A DNA stretch of 63,923 bases, filler included, from Octopus bimaculoides (GCF_001194135.2; 9 parts of 9 records of this genome joined end to end with filler, not necessarily neighbours in it); one strand, 5' to 3'; numbered from the whole stretch's first letter, positions 23,520 to 37,790 are shown. Program-made: numbers and translations. The notes: a model not told the origin generated them from the sequence alone.

Positions 23520-25470
23520 TAATAATAATAATAATGGGTTTCAAATTTTGGCACAAGGCCAGCAGTTTCAGAGCAGAGTAAGTCAATTACTTTGATCCCA
23601 CCCCACTGCTCAACTGGTACTTATTGTGACCATGTGACCACATGATTGACTAGGCTATCACTTACTGTTACACATCACTGGTCACAATACACTTTTGCAT
23701 TGTTTTAGCCTTCAAATGCTGCCACCCTGTTGGCTAGGTGAGCAAGCCAACACTCCCCACCCCTAATGGAAATGGAGACTGGAGTAATGTGAAATGAAGT
23801 GTTTTGCTCAAGAACACGATGCACCGCCCAGTCAGCGAATTGAACTCATGATCTAGCAATTGTGAGTGCAACAGCCTAACCGCTAACCAGCCTAACCAAA
23901 ATTGACATCAACATAATTGGAACTCTGAATGTAAAGAGATGAAATGCTGCCACCTTGTTGATAATAATAATAATAATAATAATAATAAGTACCAGTTAAA
24001 CACTGGGGTCGATGTAATTGACTCATCCCTCCCCTGAAATTGCTGCCCTTGTGGCAAAATTTGAAGTGCTGTGAGCATCACAGCAAACCACAGCACATAC
24101 CCAAGGCACACAGAGCTGCGCACGGTAGTGAAGTGAAAGCACGCTATAAAAATAAAACTACTGAACAATAATAATAATAATAATATGATGCAGTGCCAGG
24201 CAGTGGTTCTCATGGCTTCTGATCTTAACTGAGTGGAAGTGTTATCATGTACATTGTTTTGTCTTGGTATAAAAGATGGGCTACAGTAAATATTCTGTTC
24301 AATATCACAGATTTGCTTGTCAGTTGTTTGACCTTAACCAGTTGAACATTCCCTTGGTGGCTGACGATATGTGCATCTCTGATCATGAGCAGAAGTAATG
24401 GGGGAGCATCATAGCCATGTGTTGAGAGGAATTCTTTGGGGTTTGGGTAATTCACCATTGGAAACATGGGTATTTCATTCAACATCCTCAAACAACCTTT
24501 ATTCAGGGACCTTTTGAGTGGTATGGGCTACTCGACCTGAAGAAAAATCTAACTGGGCCCCACCTGCAAGGTCATGCACTGTTTACCTTGATATGAGATC
24601 ACCATGTCACACACATATGGTTGTGATGCATGTGCCTGGTGTACCCTTATCAGACGGATAGTCATGATGGGTATACTGGGCTTCGTATATTTGTACCCCA
24701 GTGTCACTTTGATGGCATGCACTGCTCTCTCACTCAATAATAATAATAATAATAATAATGGTTTCAAATTTTGCCACAAGGGCAGCAATTTCGGGGGAGG
24801 GATGTGTCAATTACATTGACCCCAGTGTTCAACTGGTACTTATTTTATTGACTCCGAAAGGATGAAAGGTAAGGATGACCTCAGCAGAATTTGAACTCAG
24901 AATGTAGCACTGATTGAAATACTGATAGGCATTCCATCTCGCATGCTATCAATTCTGTCATCTCACCTCCTTAATAAAAACAATAATAATGATTTCAAAT
25001 TTTGGCACAAGGCCAGGAAGTTTGGGGGAGGGGATTACATCGATCCCAGTGTTCCACTAGTACTTATTTTATCATCCTTGAAAGGATGAAAGGCTAAGTC
25101 GACCTCAGTGGAATTTGAACTCAGAACATGAAGATGGGCAGAATGCTGCTAAATGCTTTGCCCAGCGTGCTATCAATTCTGCCAGCTCACGACCTTAATA
25201 ATAATAATAATAATCCTTTCTATTAAAGGCATGAGGCCTGAAATTTTGAGGGGAGGGGATGGGTTGATTACATCGACCCCAGAGTTTCACTGGTATTTAA
25301 TATATCAACCCCAAAAGGATGAAAGGCAAAGTCGACCTCGGTGGAATTTGAACTCAGAACGTAGCGATGAATGAAATACTGCTAAGCATTTTGTTCAGTG
25401 TCCCTGATAATCAATAGTAATAATAAAGGTTTCAAATTTCAGCACAAGGCCAGCAGTTTCGGGGAGGGTA
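23520..25470. mobile_element. Cluster of AAT-tailed tRNA-SINE copies and an associated dispersed repeat
   Basis: At least 5 copies of ggtttcaaattttggcacaagg...gaatttgaactcagaa, each next to (AAT)n. Confidence 0.75.
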
Positions 25471-26089
25471 AGTCAATTGAAAGTAAAGAGAGATAAAATA
25501 CCATTAGCTATTTTAGCCTGCCTAACGACGTTGCCAACTCACTGTCTTTAAACATCCACTTAATTATGAGTGGAATTGTTCCAAAAACTCTTAGCTATTT
25601 CCATATATACATGTCAACCCTAATCTGTAACTCTATCCCTCTTCTAATTTTAAACAACTCCAAGGTTGGAAACATCAGCAAAATCCTTGATTGAAAAGTT
25701 GTGTTTACTTAAATCTCATTTAATCCATTCATCCATTCACTGACATCTTCCTAACTCGACAAATTATAGAATACTTGATCCTTAAGCTTCTTATAATTTT
25801 TTCCCCCCCACTTCTCACACGTACATCTTATTTAATTTGGTTTGAAATATCTATTTCTGATGTCAGTAAAGGTTTTACATAAGCTACATCTGGTACAGGC
25901 ATTGCTGTGTGGTTAAGAAATTTGTTCCACAATCATGTGGTTTTAGGTTCAGTCCTACTGCATAGCACCTTGGGCAAAAATGACTTCAACTATATGCCTA
26001 GACAGATTAAAGTAGGTGTTCTGGCTGCATCTGCATGCCTGAGTCAATCCCCACATCTTTGAACGATGCCTTAGGGGTCAATCCCTAAC

Positions 26090-26540
26090 TAGACAGGGTT
26101 GCTGCTGGAAGGCAGTATCTGTGGCAGAGAATTTGGTTCTTTGCCATATCTCCAAAAAGAGTCAGAAGTGGTTGTCAGAGAATTCCTGTGACTTTACCAG
26201 TTCCATTTTCTGGCCTCCTAATTTCTTCAGTTGTTATCTCATGGATTACTATGAGTGGGATGTGGTTGAGAAAGATACCAGTCACAATGCCTGCAACAAC
26301 TATGGCCAAGCTGATGGCTAAGATGAAAATGGTGTTTGAAGATCTTCACAGAGACTCCAGACTCTGGACCTGTCTTGAGGAATTTGAAGGCATCTACTTT
26401 GAGTAAACTGTTACCTCCCAGCCATAATCTTGATATTTTAGAGGATTCTTCTTATAAAAAAAACTTTAACTTTTGGGTTTTATGTTAAGCTTCCATTTTC
26501 TTTCATGCAAACTGTCAAATTTAGCCGGACACCCTCTGTT
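26090..26540 (+). mobile_element. Second DD37D (maT-type) remnant with right TIR
   Basis: CHISKKSQKWLSENSCDF...FWPPN...MDYYEW has 37-residue spacing to D; TIR ...ccggacaccctctg at ~26538. Confidence 0.7.
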
Positions 26541-26858
26541 TAACTTGTTAAGGTTATCTCTACAGATTTTCTCTACAGATTTTGTGACCATTTATGCAAT
26601 GTGTTCATGGATGGTGAATGGGTTGGGTGGGTGCTGATGAAGGAACAAAATCTCCTGAAATATGTCATATAAGCCCATTACTCATTTTTACATTCTGAGT
26701 TCAAATTCTGCCAAGGTTAGTTCTGATTTTTATCCTTTTGGGGTTGATCAAATAAATACCAGTTGTGAAACTAGGGTCAAAATAATGACTTAACCCTTCC
26801 CCAAAAATTTCTGGCTTTGTGCCTAAAGAGGAAAGAATTATTATTATAATTGTTGTTG

Positions 26859-26898
<40 letters not shown>

Positions 26899-27109
26899 GG
26901 CAGTGAGCTAGCAGAATTGTTAACATGCTTGGCAAAATGCTTAGCAGTATTTCATCTGCTGCTATGTTCTGAGTTCAAATTCTGCTGAGGTCGACTTTGT
27001 CTTTCATACTTTCGGGGTCAATAAATTAAGTACCAGTTACATACTGGGGTTGATGTAATTGACTTAATCCCATTGTCTGTCCTTGTTTGTCCCCTCTTGT
27101 GAGCAATAA

Positions 27110-28130
27110 AGACATAAGAAATTATTTTGTGTAGGATATGGGCAGTTCCCATGAGCACTATCTTTTGAATTTCTGCCATTTTGGGGTTTCCTGGTATCTG
27201 AGCTAGGTAGCAATCAGCCCCTTTTGCTATCATTCCCAGGGCACCTATGACAACAGATTATTGTTTTAGTCTTCAGGTTCCACATTTTGCCAATTTCTAT
27301 TTCAAGATCTTTATATTTGCTCAGTTTTTGGTAGGTCTTGACAGATACGTTTACATCGATTGGGACAGTCATATCAATGAGGAGGCATGATTTTTGTCTG
27401 AAGTCTTTCAGTTTGATGTCTGGCTTATTTGCATCTATCTTTCTGTCAGTTTGAATGGTGAAGTTCCAGAGGAGTAAGACGTGATCATTTTCAAGCACTG
27501 GAAGTGGTTTGTGTTCCCACCAGTTTTTTATCATGGGGCAAGTCCAGGTTTTTGCAAATTACCCAGTGAGTATACTGTGCAGCTCTATCATACCTGTTGA
27601 GATACTCCAAGACTGCACATGGAGACAACATTATTCAATGGTTTCATTTTGTTGTTGACATACACGACATGCTGCCATTCTTTAATATTTTGGCCTGGTA
27701 GTTCCTTGTAGGTAGGCATTGATCTTGGGCTGCTATGATAAACCATTTTCTGATTTTAAGCCAAAAGCCATTAGCCGTTGATGGATAAGAGGTTTGTCAA
27801 CATCAGCATTATTCGCTCTCTTTGGGTATTTGCCATTGAGAGGTTTTTCTTGCCATTTATCAATCAGAATATCTACGGCAGCAGTTTTACCATGGGTTTT
27901 CATGTGCTTAGCTTTTTCTGTGCTTGTTTCTTGTATGTCTAATTCCAGAATTTCTTGTATTTGGAATTCACTTAGATATTCTTTTGCCTCTTTTGTTACT
28001 GAGTATGGTGCTTTCTTGTTTTCATGTTTGAAGACAAGATTTAACCTCCAGTCCTCAGAGTTTTTCAGGTAGGTATCTAGGCCAATCGCTAGGTGGAAGA
28101 GAGCTACAAGAGCTACCTTTCCACACAACT
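27110..28130 (-). mobile_element. R4/Dong-like REL-endonuclease LINE, 3' portion
   Basis: WWEHKPLPVLEND..LLWNFTIQTDRKIDANKPDI...CLLIDMTVP.D...KLSKYKDLEIEI..MW, with upstream WQEKPLNGKY...GLKSE. Confidence 0.9.
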
Positions 28131-29464
28131 AGCTCATTCAATCAGCAAGATCCTTCTCTGTAATAAGAAATTTAGTTCTTTCTTATGTCACTTTCTCTGT
28201 GGAAAAATCAGTTCTTTCTTACAGAACATTCTCTGGAAGAAATTCTAGTAACAAAGGTATTTGGTGAAGTATTTTCCCTAAAACAAAGCAAGTCAAAAGA
28301 CTTATTCCTGAAAAACTTTTCATGTAACATATACCAACTTCCTTACCTAATCCCTGTGAAGATAATATCTCTTTAGTGCCAAATATTACCTGTGAGAAGG
28401 GATTTAGTTCTTACATAATCAGCTCTTTAAGAATTAATGTTTTCTTAACAGACTTTTCTCTATACAATAATTAAACTCTTCTCTCTATATTCTTCACAAT
28501 AGATATATATACAAGAAAAAGCATAACTCTCTCTCTCTCTCTCTCTCTCCCCCACCCTCTCTTGCTCCAGAAGGTGGCAACAACAACAGTCCCCAGTCAA
28601 AATTTCCCATGTAGAATTCTTTAATTTGGAGATTTTGTGTTTTCTTTTCCCTTGATGCAAACTGCTAAATTTAGTCCAAGCACACACACACTACATGATC
28701 AACTAATAGAATTATTAACCCAAACAAGGGGCCTTAACTCTTGAAACAGTCCCACAGTAGTTTTAACAAATTTAAATGACGTCACACACATTGTAAAGGG
28801 AGACAATCATTTTAAGTCCAAACAATGCCAAACCAATTCACCATATTTCAACAAATAAATCTCTTGTAACATACATGTAAGAGTAACCACAAGTACACAA
28901 TTAATACGGAGACTTACACTGACAAACTAGGGAAACATTTTCTACTATAAACCAAGGTAGACAGTCAACACAATTCAGTGAACCTTGAGATGTTGTACAG
29001 ACCATTCCTGTCTAATATTAGATTTTTCTTGGAATGCTTTTGAACGTTTTAAAATATAAGTACCATTTGAGAGAAATTCAATTCGTTTTAAATGGTCAAA
29101 ATCATTCTAGCAAAGTGTAATAATTCACAATTCCTAACAGGATGTTAGCCAAGTTCAACAATTTATATGTATGGGGGTTGGTGCGTGTTTGTGTAGATGT
29201 TTGAAGGGGTGTGCTTGTTAGAGTGTTTATATGTATGAATGTGATAAATGCCCAACACCTGTAACTGTGTAAATACGTAGCTATATAAATCTATATATAT
29301 ATATATNNNNNNNNNNNNNNNNNNNNNNNNNNNNNNNNNNNNNNNNNNNNTTAATTAATTAANNNNNNNNNNNNNNNNNNNNNNNNNNNNNNNNNNNNNN
29401 NNNNNNTATATAGGAAATGTCTACTGAAGCTTGACAATTGTTACAAAGAGCTATGACTAATACA

Positions 29465-30685
29465 TATTGAGTCATTGAGTTCGCTTTTTTTTTAAGCGAC
29501 AGTTAGACGCGTTTTAAGCACAAGGTGTTTTATTCAAGCAGTGATATAATTACCGTTTCTATCCAGTGGTTTCTGTCATCTTGTGGGAAGATCTTTTATT
29601 CCTCCTTCGGAAAATTTCTTGTCTTAACTAGCAAAACATTCTTCCAGGAGTATTTTTTACATCATCTTCAGAGTTGAAGGTGTCTGTCCAAAGAATAAAT
29701 TTTGAAGAGACTGAAACAGGTGGGAATCTGAAGGTGCAAAATTGAGTAAATATAGAAGGTGCGGCAAAATTTCCAAGCCAAGCCGCATTAACTTTTACCG
29801 CATCTACAAAATAAGTGTGCGATCTCGCATTGTCGTTTTAAAAAATACAATGGCTTTACGTTTAGTAAATGCTGGACGCTTCGGGTGGTTCGTTGCATTT
29901 AATTTGTCCTGCTAGTCACAGTACACATCCGAATTAATGGTCCTGTCTGTGGGAAGAAGCTCGTAAGAAACAGTACCCTTCCAGCCCCAACAAAGTGCAA
30001 GCATAACCTCCTTCGTGTGAAGTCCTGCTTAGGTGGTTGTTTGTGATGATTCGCCACGCTTCCCCATGGTCATTTGCGCTTCACATTGTCATAGACAATC
30101 CATTTTCACCCTGTCACTATTCTCTCAAAAAAGAATTGTTTTCTTCCCGTTTCTGTAGCGAACTGCAGCGAGAAATACTTTGGACGAGGTTAGCCTCATT
30201 CAGTTAATGTGGGACCAAAATATCGAGCTGAGGTGAACACTTGACTTGAATATTCGGAGGATATCTATGATCATCCTGGTCATATAACAGTGGTTGTGCT
30301 GCTGTTAATCTCAGTTGGCCAGATTGAGGTGCATCTTGAACCGAAAAATCTCCCGGTCGAAATTTTGAGAACCACTTCTTGCACACGTGCTGTAACAACA
30401 TTCTCTCTGTACGCAACTCATGTCTTCTTGCAGGTTTCTGCCCACTTTCTTGCCTTAAAAAGTATGAAGTGTCAATAATGTTCATTTTGGCACTCAATTT
30501 TCTGAATGATGCCAAACAAACAAAATGCAACCTGTCTCATCGCAAGTTCGCGTCGAACTATGTTGAAGTGTCAAGTATCTACCGAGTGCGCATGTGTAAG
30601 GGGCAGACTGAAGTTAGCTACGTATTTGAGTACGTGAAGTTTAATGTCAACAAAAATCGAACGGACATTTTAGCCAACACAATAA
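29465..30685 (-). mobile_element. Near-full-length degenerate mariner (Mos1/Hsmar-like) transposon
   Basis: KWFSKFRPGDFSVQDAP.SG HTH region, LVPH (WVPH-like), C-terminal F..GIK.LP.RW..V...NG. Degenerate TIRs at both ends. Confidence 0.8.
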
Positions 30686-30699
30686 ATTGAAGCAATGGA

Positions 30700-30900
30700 A
30701 ATATTGGTTTCAAATGTTGGCACAAGGCCAGCAATTTCGGGTAAGGGTTAAGTCGATTACATCGACCCCAGTATCCATCTGGTACTTATTTTATCGATCC
30801 CGAAAGGGATGAAGGGCTAAGTGGACCGCGGCGGAATTTGAACTCAGCTAAGCATTTTTCTTGGCGTGCTAACAATTCTGCCAGCTCGCCGCCTTAAGCA
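30700..30900 (-). mobile_element. AAT-family tRNA SINE, well-preserved copy
   Basis: ggcggcgagctggcagaattgttagcac...ctgagttcaaattccgcc on the minus strand. Confidence 0.85.
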
Positions 30901-31540
30901 ATGGAAATATTGAGAACTTAAGTAGAAGGAAATTGTTATTTCGCCAGAATATAGAAAAGCTAATCTATAAAATATCAGAGTGGGAGCGGGGTAGAATATT
31001 TAGTTTTGTCTCCTGTGACGTAGAGTGAGTTTTGACCGGGTTGTGAGTTTCGGAGCCCAATGGCCCGCCCCGAAACTTAAATGTATCATCCTTTCGTCTA
31101 TGTCAGAATTCTGCAAAGTCAATATTGACCCCTGGGTCATTAAATACATGAAACGATTTCGAGCGCTAAGGAGACTGAATTATTAGTTAACTGAACCTGG
31201 AAGAGCGCCTTCATTTAAGGCTAAAACTCATTAACTTTCAACCAAATATTGATACAATAGCTAATATTCACCAAACACATTTCACATTAAATATTCCAAT
31301 TATATCAATATAATATGACTAAATTTTTATTGTTCTTTATCAATTTGGATAAGTGTTTTCATTTAATTTCTTTAAATATTTCTTCTTAAAAAAACCGGAA
31401 TTGCACAAAAGAGCGAGGGAATTATTGTTTTCAAATCAAGATATTTTTTAGAAATTATACTTTTTAATTATATTTTAGAAACTTATTTCATGCAGATCGA
31501 TAAAATAATCAAAGATTCCCTGAAGAGGTCAATAGGACAG

Positions 31541-31560
31541 GAAACGTTTGCCGACCCCTG
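31541..31560. mobile_element. hAT-Charlie-like terminus (CAGGGGTCGGCAAAC)
   Basis: gtttgccgacccctg; the matching left end was not found. Confidence 0.4.
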
Positions 31561-31574
31561 GCCTACGTCAAACA

Positions 31575-31660
31575 CGCGTATATAAAATGGCCGCTCTATG
31601 CGGTTCACATCTCGTACATCTCACTTTACACCATTGTTTCACTTCCGCTCTATGTTCTGT
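31575..31660. promoter_or_regulatory. Possible housekeeping-type core promoter (TATA-like, YY1-like and ETS-like motifs)
   Basis: tatataaaatggccgc (YY1-like AAAATGGCCGC) and cacttccgc (ETS-like) within 90 bp of unique, CpG-containing DNA. Confidence 0.25.
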
Positions 31661-31981
31661 GTCCATACTTCTGGGGCTAATAACACACCTTTTCTCCCTA
31701 GAGATGGAAAGATTCAGTTAAAACGTTTGTACGTGAATTTATTTCATTCTCATGAGAATACCTACTTCATGAATGAAAAATATAAAGAATGTTGAAATTA
31801 CTTTACAATGACTAATTTTCTTTTGGTATTATTGAACAAACATCTACTATTGAGTGACATTTTTATTTCCTTATCAACATAGACCGACCGGCGTCCCGGG
31901 TGATTATTTCAGTCACAAAATCCCGACCTTATGCTTCCTAGGGTTCATGACAAACCTCAAGTCGTGACAAACAACAAATAG

Positions 31982-32128
31982 GACTATTTTTTACAATACA
32001 CTATATTGCCATGAAAAATGATGGCTTACTTCCTATTGATTTGTTACGTGATGAAGTGTCTCTTGCAGGTGTAAATTTATTATCAGGGGTTTGTCATCAG
32101 GCTATCTTTTGGGAACCGCCCAACACAG
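31982..32128 (+). CDS. Candidate orphan exon, unidentified product (GLFFTIHYIAMKNDGLLPIDLLRDEVSLAGVNLLSGVCHQAIFWEPPNT)
   Basis: 147-nt phase 1-1 open frame between aatag| and cag|gtaatt. It could alternatively start at gccATG 32011. No family recognised. Confidence 0.3.
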
Positions 32129-34723
32129 GTAATTTATCGTTGTAGATATGTCACTTAATGGCAAAAGCATGTTCGTCTATAACAAAAGAAAATCTATAGT
32201 CATCCTCAGATAATTTTATGCTTTTTTTTTTTCATTCGACAAACTTAGAATATTCTCACGAGAATATTTCTACGCACTAAACATTTTAACTGTCTCATAA
32301 AACATAATGTAAGTTATTCATGACAACTTAGCGAAACAATTGNNNNNNNNNNNNNNNNNNNNNNNNNNNNNNNNNNNNNNNNNNNNNNNNNNNNNNNNNN
32401 NNNNNNNNNNNNNNNNNNNNNNNNNNNNNNNNNNNNNNNNNNNNNNNNNNNNNNNNNNNNNNNNNNNNNNNNNNNNNNNNNNNNNNNNNNNNNNNNNNNN
32501 NNNNNNNNNNNNNNNNNNNNNNNNNNNNNNNNNNNNNNNNNNNNNNNNNNNNNNNNNNNNNNNNNNNNNNNNNNNNNNNNNNNNNNNNNNNNNNNNNNNN
32601 NNNNNNNNNNNNNNNNNNNNNNNNNNNNNNNNNNNNNNNNNNNNNNNNNNNNNNNNNNNNNNNNNNNNNNNNNNNNNNNNNNNNNNNNNNNNNNNNNNNN
32701 NNNNNNNNNNNNNNNNNNNNNNNNNNNNNNNNNNNNNNNNNNNNNNNNNNNNNNNNNNNNNNNNNNNNNNNNNNNNNNNNNNNNNNNNNNNNNNNNNNNN
32801 NNNNTTCGCTCAATAAACACTCACAACGCCCGGTCTGGGAATCGAAACCGCGATCCTATGACCGCGAGCCCACTGCCCTAATCACTGGGCCACTGCGCCT
32901 CCTGTTGGTGAAATGAGGCTCTGAGAACAGACTTCAGTTAAATATTTTGGTGTTTATTGATCATAGCCATGTGGGAGACAGTAGGGGCGGGGTGTGAAGC
33001 TAACAAGGAAGCTCTGTGTGGTCACCCGACCTGTTAAAAACAACAGTGAAATCTACTTGAAATCACACCCTACTGTCTTAAAAATTGAAGGACATATTGG
33101 TGAATGTCTTCTTAAATACTTTGTGACTGGAAAAGAAAGATGGGATGGTCATATCTGGAATACTCATTCGTGACAGACATGTTCGATCAAAACTAAGCTA
33201 GAGCTAAGCAACACCATCAGTAGCAACAAAAACCTGTCACTGTTCATGGATGGAAATAACTGAATAATAATTTAACAAAAAAAAATCTATATTTTAAAAC
33301 AGTGATGGGTAGCATAATCGGTAGAGCATCGGACACATTGTTTTGAGGTATTTAGTTGCGGCTCTTCAAGCTTTAAGTTCCCATCTGATTCTGGCCAACT
33401 TCGCCTGTTATCCTTCTTGAATCAATAAAATAAGTACCAGTTGATTTGTGGTTCCAGGTCAGCCACTACCAAGCAGTCTTACGTCTCACTGATCGCTGCT
33501 CAAGCGACAAAATGCAATTCGTTGATCTATCTTTCCGATTATACTAGATACCTGCTTTACAGAGGACCATACTGCACACTGCAGCTTGCAGTACTTAATC
33601 TTATGAGATGCAATGTGATACTCTGGACATATTGTCCATTCTTCTCTGTCCTCTCTATTTCTGATTGTTTCATGTGTGCATGTCATTCATTTCTTTTCGG
33701 TCTTCGATGTGTGTTGTGAACGTTTTGTAGATGTTCAGCATAACTCCAAGCAATGGTAGCTCGTAGATAAAATTAGTTGGGGTGCTGCTTCAGAAAATTT
33801 TTAGCCGTTGTTTTAATATTGTGTAAAAGGAAACAAACATAAAAAGAAAATTTATGCATAAACTTGATTGGTTCGCGTTTTAGCCATTGCAGAGTAGTGT
33901 GTTTAATTTGTTCACTGAACACCGCCGTGAATTCCCCCTTGTTTTTCAAAAATCCCCCCTAAATCACAAAATAAGTGGGGATGTGTTCTATTTTTCACAT
34001 CCTGGCAGCAACACTGAAGCTGGAAGCAGGATAATAATCTAATTTTNNNNNNNNNNNNNNNNNNNNNNNNNNNNNNNNNNNNNNNNNNNNNNNNNNNNNN
34101 NNNNNNNNNNNNNNNNNNNNNNNNNNNNNNNNNNNNNNNNNNNNNNNNNNNNNNNNNNNNNNNNNNNNNNNNNNNNNNNNNNNNNNNNNNNNNNNNNNNN
34201 NNNNNNNNNNNNNNNNNNNNNNNNNNNNNNNNNNNNNNNNNNNNNNNNNNNNNNNNNNNNNNNNNNNNNNNNNNNNNNNNNNNNNNNNNNNNNNNNNNNN
34301 NCTCTCACTCTCTCTCTCTCTCTCTTTCTCTTTCTCTCTCTCTCTCTCACTCACTCTCTCACTCTCTCTCTCACACACTCTCCCTCTCTCTCACTCTCTC
34401 TCTCCTTCTCCCTCTAAGCTATATTTATGTTCATGAACATGAGGGCTGGTTGTATGTTATGCTCACTTTTGTTGCTGATTAAAAAATGTAATATCCATGG
34501 CTCAATGGAATTATGTATTTCTACAAAAATTATATTGTATGTGGTGTGTGTACAGACAGTAAGGCAGGCAGACAGGCAGGCAGTCAGACAAGCAGACAGA
34601 CAGATAAATAGATAGGAAATTTGTATGAATTCTGAACAAGACATAATTACAAGCTAAAACGTTGACTGAAATTTGCTTAAATCAATGTTTTCTTTCTATT
34701 TATATTGTATATTTCACACTTAG

Positions 34724-34908
34724 AAATGCACCAAACCCGGTTATCTTGAAGAGGTTAAACGACGCGATAGAAGTCAGCCAAAAGTACCCAGAACATTTTG
34801 CTGGTTTTGATTTAGTGGGTCAAGAAGATAAAGGGAAAACTCTGCGGAGTTTAATGAGTATACTGAAAAACAAAAAAATCCCATTCTTCTTTCATGCCGG
34901 AGAAACAA
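34724..34908 (+). CDS. ADA2: Internal exon of an adenosine deaminase 2 / ADGF (CECR1-like) gene
   Basis: Acceptor cacttag| and donor aca a|gtaagt. Peptide NAPNPVILKRLNDAIEVSQKYPEHFAGFDLVGQEDKGKTLRSLMSILKNKKIPFFFHAGET carries the GFDLVG.ED and FFFHAGET ADA2 motifs. As I recall, the phase-1 donor after HAGET matches the vertebrate ADA2 intron position. Confidence 0.9.
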
Positions 34909-35479
34909 GTAAGTAATAAGTTTGTCGTTTCCTCCCTAATTTAGTTGAGGAGCGTATTTGAAAGTTCTGTAAATTTATTAGAATTCACAAGATTGAAAAG
35001 CAAAAACAAATTTTCAAAAATCATTTATTTTTTAAGGGTTTTATAAGATGTGGAATTTTTTTGACATTAATATATGCTGACATGAAGACGGCGTGCTGGC
35101 AGAATCGTTAACACGCCGAAAGAAATACTTAGCGGCATTTCGTCCGTCTATGCGTTCTGAGTTCAAATTCCGATGAGGTCGACTTTGCCTTTATTCTTTT
35201 GGGGTCGATAATATAAGTGCCAGTTGAGCTCTGTGGTTGATGGAATCGACTTACCCTCTCCCCTTAAATATATGCATGTATATATGTAAATTTGCATGTA
35301 TGTTTGTATGTATGTATGTATTATGTATGTGTGTCTTTATGCTTGTATTTGTCCTCTCCACACCGCTTGATAAGATGACAAGTTGGTTAGTAAAAGTTAT
35401 TTTTCAAAAAATTGTCTGGACTTATCATCATCATCATCATCCTTGTCCAATGCTTGATTCCCGTGTTGGTATGGGTTAG

Positions 35480-36470
35480 AAAATCTGGATGCAAGAATGT
35501 TTCTATTTATGTATATACACATATATGTATAGCACTATAATATTCCTAATTTTTTTAATATGATTTATGCGGTTATGTGAATTATTAGAAGGATGAGATG
35601 TAGTTGGATAAATTTGATTTTTTAAGTGTGTAGATTTCATGTTATTATTTCTATCTATAGCTATTTGTTTTCGGCATTTATTGTCCGTATCCTTGGGGTT
35701 AATTACATTATTAACAGTGTATTTGGTGATTTGTGGGTTGGTAAAATTTGTGTTATTCATTCTATTAGTGAGATTACGGTTATTGTGCTCATATTTATAG
35801 AGTTTATTATTATGATGTTTATTGTTGTTGTAGGATTTGTATCTGTTGCTAATGTATTGCTGATGATTATTACTGAGAGAATTTAATTGTGTGTCGGGGT
35901 TTTCTAATTTACCAGTTGATGTGGGTTCAGTAATATGGTCGGTATTGTGCTTATCTAGATAATTACTGGAATAATTAGAATAGGTGTTATTGTTTTTGTT
36001 GTACTTAAATCGATATTTGTAACATACCTTCTTAAGTGCTAGATTATAGTAGTTTTGGTGCTTGTAAAAAATTTCCTCATTGGATGATAAGTTAATTCTA
36101 CTTTCTATGTTAGAGGTTAGATTTTTTTATAATATCATAAGGATGGTTACTTTGTGCATGTATGTATATGATATTGTTGTTAGGTTTATGGTAAGGTTGA
36201 TAAGATGATGTATTAAGGTTAAAGTTAACGTCTAAGAAGTTCACTGAGTTGTAATCTTTTTCAATGGCTAGTCCTTGGTTTTTGAAGAAGTTGTGCAATC
36301 TTTTTTGCATAGCACAAGTTTTCTGCTGGAGGTATTTCTAACTAAAAATAGTGCGTCGTCTCGGTAAAGACTACCTTCCAATTCAGGGAACTCTTCTTTG
36401 AGTAAGTGTAAAAGGTAAATTCCAACTAAGTCGGTGACTTCAGCGGAGTCTTGCGCGCCCATGGGTATAT
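35480..36470 (-). mobile_element. Penelope-like element RT region
   Basis: MGAQDSAEVTDLVGIYLL...LYRDDAL; VNFLDVNFNLNTSSYQPYHKPNN...YIHAQSNHP. Confidence 0.9.
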
Positions 36471-36570
36471 NNNNNNNNNNNNNNNNNNNNNNNNNNNNNN
36501 NNNNNNNNNNNNNNTTAATTAATTAANNNNNNNNNNNNNNNNNNNNNNNNNNNNNNNNNNNNNNNNNNNN

Positions 36571-36645
<75 letters not shown>

Positions 36646-37099
36646 ATACATATGTATGTATGTATATATGCATGCATATATATATATATATGATTGCGTA
36701 TGTATTAGTATATATATGTATATATATGTATACACACATATATATATGTTTGCATACACACACATACATATATATATCACTTTTGTACTCCATTTGCACG
36801 ATTTTTCACCTTTAATCTAAAATTAAAGGTTGTACAATAATTCAGCAGCGTTTATTACCCTCAAATATATTATTAATGGCACCCTATAGGATCTACATCG
36901 AATGATAATTTGATAGTTATCTAGTTTTCCCCTCCACATTTTGAAAAAAAAAAAAAAGAAGAAAAATCCATTAGACAGTGATTTATATACGTTTTAATAC
37001 TGTGACGAGCGCAATTCAGCAAGAGTAAATCATTCGACAACCATTGTGATTTCAACTTGCATTTGGAACAATTTCATATCACTTCTGTCGGTAATCGAT

Positions 37100-37548
37100 C
37101 CAAATTTTAGCATACAGCTAGCAGTTTTTGAGGGAAGGGGACAAATCGATTACATCGACTCCAGTACTTGACTAGTACTTAACTTTACTGACTTTATTAA
37201 CCCCGAAAGGATGAAAAGGCAAAAATCGACGTTGGCGGGATTTGAATTCAGAACGTAAAGACAGAAAAAATGCTGTAAAGCATTAAACCCGGCGTGCAAA
37301 TGACTGCCAGTTCACCGCCTTAAATAGCAATAATAATCTTTTCTACTCTAGGCACAAGGCCCAAAATTTTGGGGGATGGGGCCAGTCGATTAGATCGACC
37401 CCAGTACGCAACTGATACTTAATTTATCGACCCCGAAAGGATGAAAGAGAAAGTCGACCGCGGCGGAATTGAACTCAGAACGTAAAGACGGACGAAATGC
37501 CACTAAGCATTTCGCCCGGCGTGCTAACGATTCTGCCAGCTCGCCACC

Positions 37549-37596
<48 letters not shown>

Positions 37597-37790
37597 TTTT
37601 CTTTCGCAAATGCCTGAAATATGGTGGAGGGAGGACCAGTCGATTATACAGACCCCAGTGCGCATTTAGTACTTAGTTCATCGACCCCAAAAGAATGAAA
37701 GGAATTTGAACTCAGAACGCAAAAACGAACGAAATGCCGATAAGTATTTTCGTCCGGTTAGCTAACGATTCTGCAATTTCGCTGCCTCTG
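37100..37790 (-). mobile_element. Three tandem AAT-family tRNA SINE copies
   Basis: Three consecutive homologous ~200-bp units separated by (AAT)n or linker sequence. Confidence 0.85.
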
